DNA of 64,000 nt from an uncultured Flavobacteriaceae bacterium (GTDB lineage Bacteria; Bacteroidota; Bacteroidia; Flavobacteriales; Flavobacteriaceae), in contig CAWEQF010000006.1 in the NCBI GenBank assembly GCA_963811195.1, forward strand, positions 24,905-88,904, in the 5' to 3' direction. Position numbers and translations under genes: made by a program. This document shows positions 1 through 9,367 of the stretch, one piece after another. The stretch's first letter is position 1. Each line of letters opens with the position of its first letter. The notes under the pieces were generated by a model. That model saw only the letters and a program-made list of their open reading frames with translations. It was not told where the DNA came from and searched no databases.

Positions 1-304
1 GGTAGAACTCGTTACACAGAAATTGCAGGAGAATTCTATCGAGCAATATCGCAAGGAGGAACGCTCCCTGTTAGCCAAAAGAATGATCAACGCACACACC
101 CGATTTAAGGAATTAATTCGCTGTATGATTAACGACAATGTTTCCACACAGAAAAATGTGCGGGCGCTGCGCAAAGATCTTTATGAATTTACAAGAGATG
201 TAAAGTTTAAAAGAGCGCGCACCATGGGTCAGATTTTACGCACTGCGTTAGAATTTGTTAAGCGAAATTACGAGGATGTAAATACTAAATCTCTCGGACT
301 TTAA
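1..304 (+). CDS. 3' end of a hypothetical protein (runs off the left edge of the window)
   Basis: The frame of ORF 23..304 is open back to position 2 (VELVTQKLQENS...). Its stop overlaps the stop of the convergent gene at 301-304. Confidence 0.7.
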   Translation, partial: VELVTQKLQENSIEQYRKEERSLLAKRMINAHTRFKELIRCMINDNVSTQKNVRALRKDLYEFTRDVKFKRARTMGQILRTALEFVKRNYEDVNTKSLGL

Positions 305-1359
305 CTTTTTTGCTCTTTATTGAAATACACCAGGTAATAATACATCTGGCGTTCCTCGTCCCAGCCTTTTTCCACAAATTTTTCTGCAGATTCCGGATTT
401 ATAAAATCCATTTTTATCTGAATGTTTGTATCCAGATTTATAGTGTTTTTAATCGATTTTCTTGCTGAAGTAACCGCCGCATTGGCAATAGGAAATTGAG
501 TTAGATCTTCAATTTTATATTTTGGAGCTTTCTCGGTTTTATAATTCTGAAATTCCGGAAGTAAAGCCGGGTTATCGATTACGGAACTAAGAAATTTAGA
601 TTCTTCAAAATCATCGTTTTTGGCAAAATAATCTACACTACGGTTCATAAACATAACTTCTTCCTTTTTATCTTCAGCAGGAAGAACCACATCTTTGGCG
701 AAATTCTGGCAAAACTTAAGGTATTTCTTAGTATAAAAATTCTCATCAGCCAGTACATCTACACCCAGGAAATTTTCCAGCCAGTACTTGGTGTCGTATT
801 TATTGGAATCTACCGATAATATCTTATAACCTTCAGCTCTGTTGCTATTAAATATGAGTGCGCCTTTATCGAGTTTATTCAAATTTATTCCCTGCTGAAT
901 AATCATTTCGAGGATGCTTCCTTTTTCCTGAAACTGAAGGAAATCGTGTTTTAATTCAGATTTAAAAATCCCAATCGCAGAAGTTTTTTCGTTATTCAAC
1001 ATAACATTATCGAAATATACTACATACACTTCTCCACTTTTTATGTGAGGATGAGAGGATTGCTCAAAAAGCAGCGTGGTTATTTTTTTTGAAACCTGGT
1101 GAATATCTTTGGGAGCATCAAAAATTTGATTGGTAAGATTGTACAACTCATTGAATTCAAGATCGGCATCATGGAAAAACTGATAATAATTTTCTTCTTT
1201 TTCGCGAAATGGCTTCAGAAAATATTCTTTTATAAGCGGCATAATTTCATCATTCAGTTCAAAAGGACTTTCAGACAGAAAGATGTTCTCGTTGCGGCTT
1301 TTGTTTCCTACACGGTGTATGGAAAGAGATTCTATGTGGGCGTTATATAAGTTGATCAT
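301..1359 (-). CDS. Nucleoid-associated protein (NdpA/YejK, 37-kDa family)
   Basis: 352 aa; SIHRVGNK N-terminus, IKSGEVYVVYF, GIFKSE, GINLNKLDKGALIFN and YWLENFL match my recollection of the Bacteroidota NA37 family. Confidence 0.8.
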   Translation of the reverse strand: MINLYNAHIESLSIHRVGNKSRNENIFLSESPFELNDEIMPLIKEYFLKPFREKEENYYQFFHDADLEFNELYNLTNQIFDAPKDIHQVSKKITTLLFEQSSHPHIKSGEVYVVYFDNVMLNNEKTSAIGIFKSELKHDFLQFQEKGSILEMIIQQGINLNKLDKGALIFNSNRAEGYKILSVDSNKYDTKYWLENFLGVDVLADENFYTKKYLKFCQNFAKDVVLPAEDKKEEVMFMNRSVDYFAKNDDFEESKFLSSVIDNPALLPEFQNYKTEKAPKYKIEDLTQFPIANAAVTSARKSIKNTINLDTNIQIKMDFINPESAEKFVEKGWDEERQMYYYLVYFNKEQKS

Positions 1360-1370
1360 GGGTTAACTTT

Positions 1371-1410
1371 GAAGTTGAAGGTTGAAAAGTTAAAAAGTAA
1401 AAAGTTGAAA
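1371..1410 (-). repeat. Degenerate 7-8-bp tandem tract ((T)AACTTT(T) on the coding strand)
   Basis: gaagttgaaggttgaaaagttaaaaagtaaaaagttgaaa, ending 11 nt before the ATG at 1359. Confidence 0.7.
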
Positions 1411-1430
1411 TGGAAAAAAGGCAAAAAAAC

Positions 1431-1480
1431 ACCTCTCCTTTAGAAGAGGTCAGAACTGCTTTTGCAGTTCTGGGTGAGGT
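1431..1480. repeat. Double-hairpin intergenic element, copy 1
   Basis: ACCTCT..AGAGGT stem, then a perfect 9-bp stem CAGAACTGC-tttt-GCAGTTCTG, then GGTGAGG; homologous to 10404-10455. Confidence 0.8.
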
Positions 1481-1984
1481 CTAGTTCCAGTTTTCATCGA
1501 AAGACAGATCGTCGTAATCGTCGATATCTAGATCTGAATCGTCTGCAAATTCATCTTTTTCCGCAATAAATTCTTTATCGGGCGCTTCCAGTGGAATCTG
1601 GCCATGAACAAACATTAAATTAGGGTAATCGCGACCATCTTCAGGTTCGGCAATTTCGGCAAGTTCAATCATAAATGTCCACATATTCAGGAAATCGTAA
1701 ACATAGAGCAACCTGGTCTGATCTTCAGAAAGTATAGAATCCAGTACGGTTTCGTTCATAAGCCTTACCGAATCGAATCCTTCGCTAAAATCGAATTGCG
1801 AAATTTCCTCACCCTGATTCCATTCATTGTCACTTACATAAAAAGATGCCATTTCGGTACCGTCAAAGCCAAAGGAATTAACGATCGCGTTATGAAAATC
1901 TTCCAGTGTATGTTCCTGTAAAAGCTCAATATCTCTAAAAACGTCCTCTTCAGCATCTAAAATTACTCGAAATCTATAAACCAT
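1481..1984 (-). CDS. Plasmid pRiA4b ORF-3 / IS1096-passenger TnpR-like family protein
   Basis: 167 aa; VFRDIEL..TLEDFHNAI..FGFD, YVYDFLNMW, acidic tail. Confidence 0.75.
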   Translation of the reverse strand: MVYRFRVILDAEEDVFRDIELLQEHTLEDFHNAIVNSFGFDGTEMASFYVSDNEWNQGEEISQFDFSEGFDSVRLMNETVLDSILSEDQTRLLYVYDFLNMWTFMIELAEIAEPEDGRDYPNLMFVHGQIPLEAPDKEFIAEKDEFADDSDLDIDDYDDLSFDENWN

Positions 1985-2003
1985 AATTATTAAAATTTGG
2001 CCG

Positions 2004-2011
2004 CAAAGTTA
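2004..2011 (-). promoter_or_regulatory. Bacteroidota sigma-A -7 element (TAACTTTG)
   Basis: Matches TAnnTTTG about 20 nt upstream of the ATG at 1984; overlaps the ctaA stop. Confidence 0.55.
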
Positions 2012-3034
2012 CAAACTTTTGGTCGTAACCGGGGTACGGAATGTTTGCAATAATATATAAAATTGTAATCCGAAAAGCAGGGTGGCGATCATTAAATGTG
2101 TGGGCTGTGATAAAAGGGGGAAATTAAAATAATACATCGCTATTCCTGTGCATATCTCGATAATTATAAGTCCTATTACCAAATTTAATTTTGTAAAGCC
2201 TAATGCCTGTTTTTTGTTTTGCCACCACAGCAGCAGGTTTAGCAGGAGCACCAGGATAGAAAATGAACGGTGTACGTAAAAAAGAAGCCCCGGATTTGCC
2301 AGCCATTGCGAGTTAGCGTTTTCTCCCAGTAATTTTACCTGATCGTCTACAAATTGGCGAACCTGGGTTCCCATTGCAATCTGAATTAGTGTGAACAAAC
2401 TCGCAAAAACCAGCAGGGTTTTAAAGTTCTTTGGTACCAGTCGCCCTGATTTTTCTGCGGAAGTTACCTGAAGTAGATATAACAGTACCGCAACAATAAC
2501 AAGTGCCATGATCATATGTATTGTAATCTTGGCAGGTGATAATACAGAATATACAACTGTTGCACCGAGCCACGCCTGAAATCCCATCATAAATACGCTA
2601 AGCCAGGAAAGCAGCGGGATTCTTTTTTTTATTTTCCAATGGGAGATCGATAAAAACGCCATAATAAGCACCCCAAGTCCTGCGAGCGCTCCCATTAAGC
2701 GGTTTATGTATTCCACCCAGGTATGCATAGGATTAAACTGGGCATAATCATGTTTAGTATAAGGCTTCCAGTTCGCCGAATTAAATTCGTTTCCTGAAGT
2801 AAAATCTGTTGCTGCTACCAGTAAACTTTCGTTTTTAATGATTACCTGACCTTCTTCATATTCCCGTTGAGGTTGAAATTGAAGTTCAGATATTTCGTGG
2901 GGCGGAATGTAATAACCGAAACATTTTGGCCAGTCGGGGCAACCCATTCCCGAACCGGTCATTCGTACTAATGCACCTGCCAGAATAACCAGGTACACCA
3001 GGACAAGCGATATTTTTATAAAAGTTCTATACAT
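2009..3034 (-). CDS. ctaA: Heme A synthase (COX15/CtaA family)
   Basis: GALVRMTGSGMGCPDWPKC motif, EYINR, multiple TM helices, conserved His (ITIHM, VHR, PTHL). Confidence 0.85.
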   Translation of the reverse strand: MYRTFIKISLVLVYLVILAGALVRMTGSGMGCPDWPKCFGYYIPPHEISELQFQPQREYEEGQVIIKNESLLVAATDFTSGNEFNSANWKPYTKHDYAQFNPMHTWVEYINRLMGALAGLGVLIMAFLSISHWKIKKRIPLLSWLSVFMMGFQAWLGATVVYSVLSPAKITIHMIMALVIVAVLLYLLQVTSAEKSGRLVPKNFKTLLVFASLFTLIQIAMGTQVRQFVDDQVKLLGENANSQWLANPGLLFYVHRSFSILVLLLNLLLWWQNKKQALGFTKLNLVIGLIIIEICTGIAMYYFNFPLLSQPTHLMIATLLFGLQFYILLQTFRTPVTTKSL

Positions 3035-3037
3035 TTT

Positions 3038-3100
3038 AGAGTTAAAAAGTTAAAAAGTTAAAGGTTAAAAATTAAAGAGTTAAGAAGTCAAAGGTTGAGA
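3038..3100 (-). repeat. Degenerate 7-8-bp tandem tract upstream of the ctaA start
   Basis: agagttaaaaagttaaaaagttaaaggttaaaaattaaagagttaagaagtcaaaggttgaga, about 8 units. Confidence 0.75.
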
Positions 3101-3159
3101 ACATTTCCATTTCCAATTTCAAATTCAACATACCACTTACAGCCTAAAGTCTACAGCTT

Positions 3160-4581
3160 TCAGTTCACAGCCGTTAATCCGATTTCTTTTCCTTTTTTCA
3201 ACATAAATTTTCGGGCAGCTTCATATTCATTAGGTATTTCTCCTTCTAAAATCGCTTCTTTTATGGCGTCTTTTATCATTCCTATCTCTCTTGAAGGTTT
3301 TAGATTAAAGACCTCCATTATTTCCTCACCGCTTACCGGCGGCTGGAAATTACGGATGTGATCTTTCTCTTCAACCTCCAGTATTTTATCGCGTACTTTT
3401 TGAAAATTGTTATGATATTTCCTAAATTTCTTTGGGTTTTTGGTAGTAATATCGGCTTCGCAAAGCGTCATTAAATCTTCAATAGTATCTCCGGCATCAA
3501 AAACCAGTCTTCGAACCGCCGAATCTGTAACATTCTCATCGGCAACAGCGATAGGGCGGGAGCTCATTAACACCAGTTTTTGCACGTACTTCATTTTTTC
3601 ATTTAAAGGAAGCCGAAGTCGTTTAAATAACTTATAGACCATTTTGGCACCCACAAATTCGTGACCGTGAAATGTCCAGCCAATTTTTTTATGGAATTTC
3701 TTGGTCGGCGATTTTCCAATATCGTGCAGAAGTGCCGCCCAGCGCAACCACAGATCATTCGTGTTTTCTGAAATATTATCTACTACTTCCAGGGTATGCC
3801 AGAAATTATCTTTATGGCGCTGGCCCTCAATTTCTTCAATGCCCTGCAATGCTGTTAATTCTGGCATAATAATGTCTAATAATCCCGTTTTATAGAGCAA
3901 AGCAAAACCTTTGGAAGGTTTTTGAGAAAGAAGAATTTTGTTCAGCTCATCTACAATACGTTCTTTGCTGATAATTTTGATACGATCTTTATTTCTTGTA
4001 ATCGCAGAAAGTGATTCTTCTTCTATTTTAAAATTAAGCTGAGAAGAAAACCGGATGGCTCTTAGCATTCGCAGGGGATCGTCAGAATACGTAATCTCGG
4101 GCTCTAAAGGGGTTTTTATAAGTTGAGACTTAAGATGCTCTAACCCGTGGAAGGGATCTAATAGAACCCCGTAATTGTCTTTATTCAAATTAATTGCCAG
4201 GGCATTAATCGTAAAATCCCGACGTTTCTGGTCGTCTTGCAGAGATCCGTTTTCCACTACAGGTTTTCGGCTGTCTTCACTGTAACTTTCTTTACGGGCA
4301 CCTACAAACTCAATTTCCATATTCTGAAATCGAAGCATGGCGGTCCCAAAGGTTTTAAAAATCTTAACCTTCGGTTTAGCAGGTAACAACTCAGATACTT
4401 TTCTGGCAAGTTCTATTCCGCTGCCCACAGCAACAATATCTATATCTTTAACTTCTTCTTTTTTTAAAATATAATCCCTTACGTAGCCTCCAATCACATA
4501 GGTTTCCAGGTTTAAATCTGTGGCCGCTTGAGAGATATAATTAAATATTTCAGGGGTTAAGGCTTTACTGTAATTTTTCAC
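3160..4581 (-). CDS. cca: CCA tRNA nucleotidyltransferase with HD domain
   Basis: GGYVRD, DIDI, RRDFTINA, DDPLRMLRAIRF, LLHDIGK; GTG start. Confidence 0.92.
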   Translation of the reverse strand: MKNYSKALTPEIFNYISQAATDLNLETYVIGGYVRDYILKKEEVKDIDIVAVGSGIELARKVSELLPAKPKVKIFKTFGTAMLRFQNMEIEFVGARKESYSEDSRKPVVENGSLQDDQKRRDFTINALAINLNKDNYGVLLDPFHGLEHLKSQLIKTPLEPEITYSDDPLRMLRAIRFSSQLNFKIEEESLSAITRNKDRIKIISKERIVDELNKILLSQKPSKGFALLYKTGLLDIIMPELTALQGIEEIEGQRHKDNFWHTLEVVDNISENTNDLWLRWAALLHDIGKSPTKKFHKKIGWTFHGHEFVGAKMVYKLFKRLRLPLNEKMKYVQKLVLMSSRPIAVADENVTDSAVRRLVFDAGDTIEDLMTLCEADITTKNPKKFRKYHNNFQKVRDKILEVEEKDHIRNFQPPVSGEEIMEVFNLKPSREIGMIKDAIKEAILEGEIPNEYEAARKFMLKKGKEIGLTAVN

Positions 4582-4665
4582 TTCAGTTTGTTTTTCCTCA
4601 CCTTTTTGTGGTGGAAAGATTCATATAAAATAAATTCACCCCTTTACTTTTTATTTCCAATTTCA

Positions 4666-4723
4666 TCTCCCTTTTGTGGGAGGCTGGAATTTGCTCCCGA
4701 TAGCTTTCGGGATAGGATGGGGC
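4666..4723. repeat. Divergent double-hairpin element (probable relative of 1431/10404)
   Basis: CTCCC-ttttgt-GGGAG stem, TCCCGA-tagctt-TCGGGA stem, then GGATGGGG, just past the tsaC stop. Confidence 0.5.
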
Positions 4724-4729
4724 ATTTTT

Positions 4730-5302
4730 TTATTTTCGTATCACTTTTACCGTTCCATCATTTCCCAGTTTAATAATTACCGAGGGCTGGGCGGTACTTT
4801 TTGCTGAAGGCAAATTTACTACATAGTCTACACCTTTTAAAATCTCCTGACTTATTTGATTAAAAGAAATTGGGGTAGGGTCGCCGCTGATATTTGCCGA
4901 AGTTGAAACCAAAGGTTTACGAAGTTTATAAATAAGTTTTTCGCAAAATATTTTATCTTTTACCACACGAATGGCTAGCGTATCATCTTCTCCCACCAAA
5001 TTATTAGCTACGCTGCAAGGTTCATCGTAAATAATAGTGGTAGGTCGGGTGGCATGTTCAATAATATCATAGGCTGGTTCCGGCACCTGCTGTACATATT
5101 TTTCCAGCATTTTCACCGAATTTACCATACATATTAGCGCCTTGCTTTCATTTCGTTTTTTAAGTTTATAAATTTTAGCAACTGCACTGGCGTTCGTGGC
5201 ATCGCAGCCTATTCCCCAAACCGTATCTGTGGGATATAAAATAATTCCCCCTTTTTTTAATATTTCCAGCGATTTTTCTATTTCCTGTTCAATAAGTTCC
5301 AT
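4730..5302 (-). CDS. tsaC: L-threonylcarbamoyladenylate synthase (Sua5/YrdC/TsaC)
   Basis: YPTDTVWGIGC, IYKLKKR, STSANISG. Confidence 0.92.
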   Translation of the reverse strand: MELIEQEIEKSLEILKKGGIILYPTDTVWGIGCDATNASAVAKIYKLKKRNESKALICMVNSVKMLEKYVQQVPEPAYDIIEHATRPTTIIYDEPCSVANNLVGEDDTLAIRVVKDKIFCEKLIYKLRKPLVSTSANISGDPTPISFNQISQEILKGVDYVVNLPSAKSTAQPSVIIKLGNDGTVKVIRK

Positions 5303-6401
5303 TTAGCACTTTTTTATATTCTTGCAATGTTTGAAAAGCCATCATTTCTGAAGTAAATTCATTATGAAGTCTGTTTTTTGATAAATTTGTAAACTTTTCT
5401 TTTTCCTGTGGATTTTTAATAAGATATATTATATGTTCTGCCAGTTTTTTATAATCTCCTTTAAGAGCCAATAGTCCATTTTTATGAGACTCAATTACTT
5501 CCGGAATACCTCCAACATCCGTACTTACCACAGGAACTTTGTGGTAAAATGATTCATAAATAAACTGGGGTACCCCTTCGCTTTCTGAAGTCATTAGCGA
5601 AACATCGAACTGCGGAATAAAGTTGGCAGCATCAGGAATATGGCCCATAAAGCTGATATTTTTTTCCAGATGATATTTTTTCAGCAGCGCTTTTAACCTG
5701 GAGCTTAACCCTGTAAAAGAGCCTATTTGAACGAAGTGGAAATCCTGTTTTTTCCATTTGTTCAGAATTTCATCGGCACATTTTATAAAAATCTCCAGGT
5801 TTTTGGGCCAAATATGATTGGCTATATTCCCTATTATAACCGTTTCCTTCTTTAGATTTAAAAATTCCCGCAAATTATAAGGAGCCTTATCACATTTATC
5901 TCTTAAACTGGTGCCGTGATAAATAGTGGTTAGTTTTTCTGGATTTTCAATATTTTTTGAAGTAGTTTTTAAAGTAGCTTCAGAAACGCATAAGATCTTC
6001 CTGATTTTTGGGTAATTGTATTTATAAAGTGTTTGCTTTCGCGGTCTTATAGGAAACGAAGTTTTTTTGCTGAAGATAAAAGGAGGTAAATCCACAATCT
6101 TATCGGCCATAATAGCCAGCGTAAGCGCTGTGCTATCGTGAATATGAAGCAGGTCGTATTTCCCTGATTTGCAAACTGCGCCAAGTTTCAGAAAATAGCG
6201 CGGATCCATCTTAAAAGCCAGCGGTGCCGCAATAATTTTAAAATTATTTTCTTTCAACCGCTTGTGAAAGTCGGTATTTTTAATACAAAAAATATGATTG
6301 TCAAAAGTGGGAACAACAAATGCAAGTTCCCGGCATAAATTTTCTATATGCCTTTCGCCACCGCCCCAGCTCTGTACTGCCGAAAGATGTAGGATATTCA
6401 T
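5289..6401 (-). CDS. Glycosyltransferase family 4
   Basis: WGGGER N-terminus; SESEGVPQFIYE..VPVVSTDVGGIPE (EX7E motif). Confidence 0.88.
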   Translation of the reverse strand: MNILHLSAVQSWGGGERHIENLCRELAFVVPTFDNHIFCIKNTDFHKRLKENNFKIIAAPLAFKMDPRYFLKLGAVCKSGKYDLLHIHDSTALTLAIMADKIVDLPPFIFSKKTSFPIRPRKQTLYKYNYPKIRKILCVSEATLKTTSKNIENPEKLTTIYHGTSLRDKCDKAPYNLREFLNLKKETVIIGNIANHIWPKNLEIFIKCADEILNKWKKQDFHFVQIGSFTGLSSRLKALLKKYHLEKNISFMGHIPDAANFIPQFDVSLMTSESEGVPQFIYESFYHKVPVVSTDVGGIPEVIESHKNGLLALKGDYKKLAEHIIYLIKNPQEKEKFTNLSKNRLHNEFTSEMMAFQTLQEYKKVLNGTY

Positions 6402-7345
6402 TCTGCCAGAATTTTTATTTTTTGCTCTTGTTTTATGGATTCAGAAATATGCGCTCCTCTTATTAATACTTTAAAAAGCGCAAAATATTTTGGCTTTACC
6501 AGGCTGCTGAAAAAATATCGAATCTGAAAATAGGTAAGAAGAATTTTATATGCCCAAAACCCGTAATGTTTGCGGATAGTATATAACAGAGATAATTTTA
6601 ATTCGATCTTCATCTTCACATTTTTAACGGTGCTTACTCCTTTGTAATGTATGTACTGAAGGTGCGGATACAGATACGTAAGCTTATTTTTTTCCTTTAA
6701 TAACCTTCTGCAAAGGTCAGATTCTTCATAGTATAAAAATAAATTGGTATCAAAACCACCAATTTCGTTAAAGTCGGTAGCTCTTATAAACATGAAGGAT
6801 CCCTGAACATAATCTACCCTGGTAGGCTCTTCGTAAAATTTCTTTCGGTTTAAATATCGCTTCGGAAATAATACTTCCAGAACTGCTCTTTTCAAAATTT
6901 CGCGCTGAAGCGATGAAAAATGGTCTAAAGTCATTCTGAAATTCCTGTTTTCGTCCAGCATTTGGGGTGAAACTACCGCAATCTGCTTATTTTTATTCAT
7001 AAAATCCTGTAAATGCAACAGGCAATTTTCGTTGGTTTGCAAGGTGTCGTTATTTATAAACGCATAATAGTTACAATTGCTGCAATGTTGCACTCCCAAC
7101 ATGTTTCCGCCGCCAAAACCTAAATTGATTTTACTTGGAATTAAATGGATTCTGTCTTTAGATAGCTGTGCAATTCCATTTTCGAGATTGTTATAATCTT
7201 CTTTTTCCGAAGCGTTATCAACCACAATAATCTCATAAGAAAAATCGGAATCATGAGTTTCTATTATCGATTTTAAACAATTGAGGGTGTAGCCTGAAGT
7301 ATTAAAATTTATAATGATACAGCTTACATCAACCATTTTTTGCAT
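6398..7345 (-). CDS. Glycosyltransferase family 2 (rhamnosyltransferase-like)
   Basis: IIVVDNAS, NLGFGGGN, INND, GGFDTNLFLYYEESDLC. Start trimmed to the ATG at 7345 (7336 is an alternative). Confidence 0.88.
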   Translation of the reverse strand: MQKMVDVSCIIINFNTSGYTLNCLKSIIETHDSDFSYEIIVVDNASEKEDYNNLENGIAQLSKDRIHLIPSKINLGFGGGNMLGVQHCSNCNYYAFINNDTLQTNENCLLHLQDFMNKNKQIAVVSPQMLDENRNFRMTLDHFSSLQREILKRAVLEVLFPKRYLNRKKFYEEPTRVDYVQGSFMFIRATDFNEIGGFDTNLFLYYEESDLCRRLLKEKNKLTYLYPHLQYIHYKGVSTVKNVKMKIELKLSLLYTIRKHYGFWAYKILLTYFQIRYFFSSLVKPKYFALFKVLIRGAHISESIKQEQKIKILAE

Positions 7346-7497
7346 TGCAGAAATTATTGCCACGAATAAAAATTGAAATTTCAAATATACTGGTTATAAG
7401 TCTAAAATTCTTTTAAAAATGTCTTCAATAAAGAATCTAATTTTATCGGATTTTAGAACTAAATCATTTCAAAACCTCTAAAATGAGTGATAAATTG

Positions 7498-7505
7498 TAG
7501 TTTTG
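7498..7505 (+). promoter_or_regulatory. Sigma-A -7 element (TAGTTTTG)
   Basis: TAnnTTTG about 38 nt upstream of the kinase start. Confidence 0.5.
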
Positions 7506-7543
7506 TGAAGAATTTTAAAGAATAATATACCCGCCGATATTTG

Positions 7544-8302
7544 ATGGAAATAATAATTTCAGATAAATATAAATATTCCCGCGAAGAACTTTTGGAGTGT
7601 CTTCAAAATTTTGAAAGTGAAGGCGAAATGCTGGGCGACGGAGCGCGAAATAAGATTAAAATCTTCAGAATTCACGGGAGACAGATCAATATTAAATCTT
7701 TTAAAATTCCCAATTCCATCAATAAAATTGTTTATCGTTTTTTCAGAAAATCTAAAGCTGAGCGCTCTTTTTACTATGCTCACCATCTTATTTCTAAAAA
7801 GATAGGAACCCCGTTCCCTGTCGCTTATTCTGAAGAAAACCAGGGATTTCAATTCGGTAAAAGTTATTATATAAGCGAGCAGGTGTCTTACGATCTTACT
7901 TATAGAGAATTGGTAGAAAACCCTAACTTTCCCGATCACGAAAAAATACTGCGGGCATTTACCCGTTTTACCTTTATGCTTCACGAAGAACGGATTTTAT
8001 TTTTGGATCATTCTCCCGGCAATACATTAATTCAGCTCAATAACGGGAATTATAAGTTTTTTCTGGTAGATTTAAACAGAATGAAATTCAAGAATCTTGA
8101 TTTTGAAACCCGAATGCGAAATTTTTCGCGACTTACGCCCAAAAAAGAAATGGTTTCGGTAATGGCTTCTGAATATTCCAAACTTATAAAAAAACCAGAG
8201 GAAGAAGTGTTCGAAAGAATGTGGTTTTATACCCAGGATTTTCAGAAAAAATACCATCGCAAAAGGGAATTAAAGCAAAAACTGAAGGGTAGAAAATCTT
8301 AA
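7544..8302 (+). CDS. Lipopolysaccharide kinase (Kdo/WaaP/InaA family)
   Basis: IKSF lysine, SKAERSF, GTPFPVAY, LHEERILFLDHSPGNTL catalytic loop, LVDLNR; flanked by glycosyltransferases. Confidence 0.82.
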   Translation: MEIIISDKYKYSREELLECLQNFESEGEMLGDGARNKIKIFRIHGRQINIKSFKIPNSINKIVYRFFRKSKAERSFYYAHHLISKKIGTPFPVAYSEENQGFQFGKSYYISEQVSYDLTYRELVENPNFPDHEKILRAFTRFTFMLHEERILFLDHSPGNTLIQLNNGNYKFFLVDLNRMKFKNLDFETRMRNFSRLTPKKEMVSVMASEYSKLIKKPEEEVFERMWFYTQDFQKKYHRKRELKQKLKGRKS

Positions 8303-9360
8303 AAATGGCTTTCTATAAAGGTTGAAAGCTTTGGTTTTATAAGGTCTGGAGTAAATTTTTTATAAAACTCTGCACTTTCCTGCTTGATGGTTTTATCTGA
8401 CTTATTCTTGAATACCTCTGGTTTAAAATCTTTTAAATGGAGCGAGATATTATTAATTCCGTCTTCAAAAGTTGCCCAGCCTAACTTATCTATCCAGGGA
8501 GAAAAAATTATAAATGCCGGCTTGTGCAAAGCTTTCGCCATATTTATCGCTCCACCATCATTGCCTATTATTGCGTCGCAATTATTCATTATCGCAATAA
8601 ATTCACGCAGGGAATTTCCTTTTAAGTCGAAAAACAGTTGTTCCCGCGTAGATTCTTTACAAAGATTATAAATCGCTGTGGCTTCCTCTTCTTGTGCCGG
8701 AATGTAATTAAAAAGCAGGTTCACATCTTTCTTTTCGGCAATAAAATCTATAAGCTGCGCCATATATTCCGGCGGATATGTTTTGTTGGGAGCGCTTCCT
8801 AGAATGCTGAGCATCACTGTTCTTTTTGAAGTATCGAGACCGTGTGTTTCAAAAAGTTGCGTTGCAAATTCCTTTTCCTCCTCGGTGACGTAGATCTTCG
8901 GAATAGTTTCTGGCTTAAAAGGGAGGTGTAAAGGCTCCAGCAGCGCCAGTCTGTCTTCGATAATCCTGCCAATGTTGGAGGTAGGTTTTTCTTTTCTTTG
9001 TACCACATCTGTGTACAAAAAATTCATGTTCTTTTTATAATAGGAAATTTTTCTGTCTGCTCCGGAAAATGCTACTACCAACCAACTTTCAAGTTTGGAA
9101 TAGGCATCGATCACCAGGTCGTATTTTTCTTTCCGTATAGATTTTAGCAGTGTAAAAAATTCCAGTTTGCTTTTGCGGTGCTGTGTCTTAAAAAGCACCA
9201 GAGAATCAAAGCTGGGATTTCCCTGTAAAACAGGTTTGGTAGATTCATATACCATATAATCTATTTGTGCTGCCGGATAGGCTTTTTTAAGATTCTCGCA
9301 CAACAAGGAACTAATAAGTACATCTCCTATCATTTTTTGTTGTATCACCAGGATTTTCAC
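8299..9360 (-). CDS. Glycosyltransferase family 9 (heptosyltransferase-like)
   Basis: KILVIQQKMIGDVL, IIGNDGGAINMAKAL; GTG start. Confidence 0.88.
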   Translation of the reverse strand: MKILVIQQKMIGDVLISSLLCENLKKAYPAAQIDYMVYESTKPVLQGNPSFDSLVLFKTQHRKSKLEFFTLLKSIRKEKYDLVIDAYSKLESWLVVAFSGADRKISYYKKNMNFLYTDVVQRKEKPTSNIGRIIEDRLALLEPLHLPFKPETIPKIYVTEEEKEFATQLFETHGLDTSKRTVMLSILGSAPNKTYPPEYMAQLIDFIAEKKDVNLLFNYIPAQEEEATAIYNLCKESTREQLFFDLKGNSLREFIAIMNNCDAIIGNDGGAINMAKALHKPAFIIFSPWIDKLGWATFEDGINNISLHLKDFKPEVFKNKSDKTIKQESAEFYKKFTPDLIKPKLSTFIESHF

Positions 9361-9367
9361 AAATAGC

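Noticed and set aside
1481-1984. pRiA4b ORF-3/TnpR-like gene as evidence of a mobile element
   Set aside because: No transposase, terminal inverted repeats or target duplication; it sits among housekeeping genes.
3095-3361. 88-aa plus-strand ORF and the other short ORFs antisense to or nested in long genes (e.g. 38518-39072, 16456-16866, 7559-7984)
   Set aside because: They are shadows of well-supported genes, with no recognisable motifs or independent expression signals.
4588-4773. 61-aa ORF in the cca-tsaC spacer
   Set aside because: It runs through hairpin repeat sequence, overlaps the tsaC end on the opposite strand and has no coding features.
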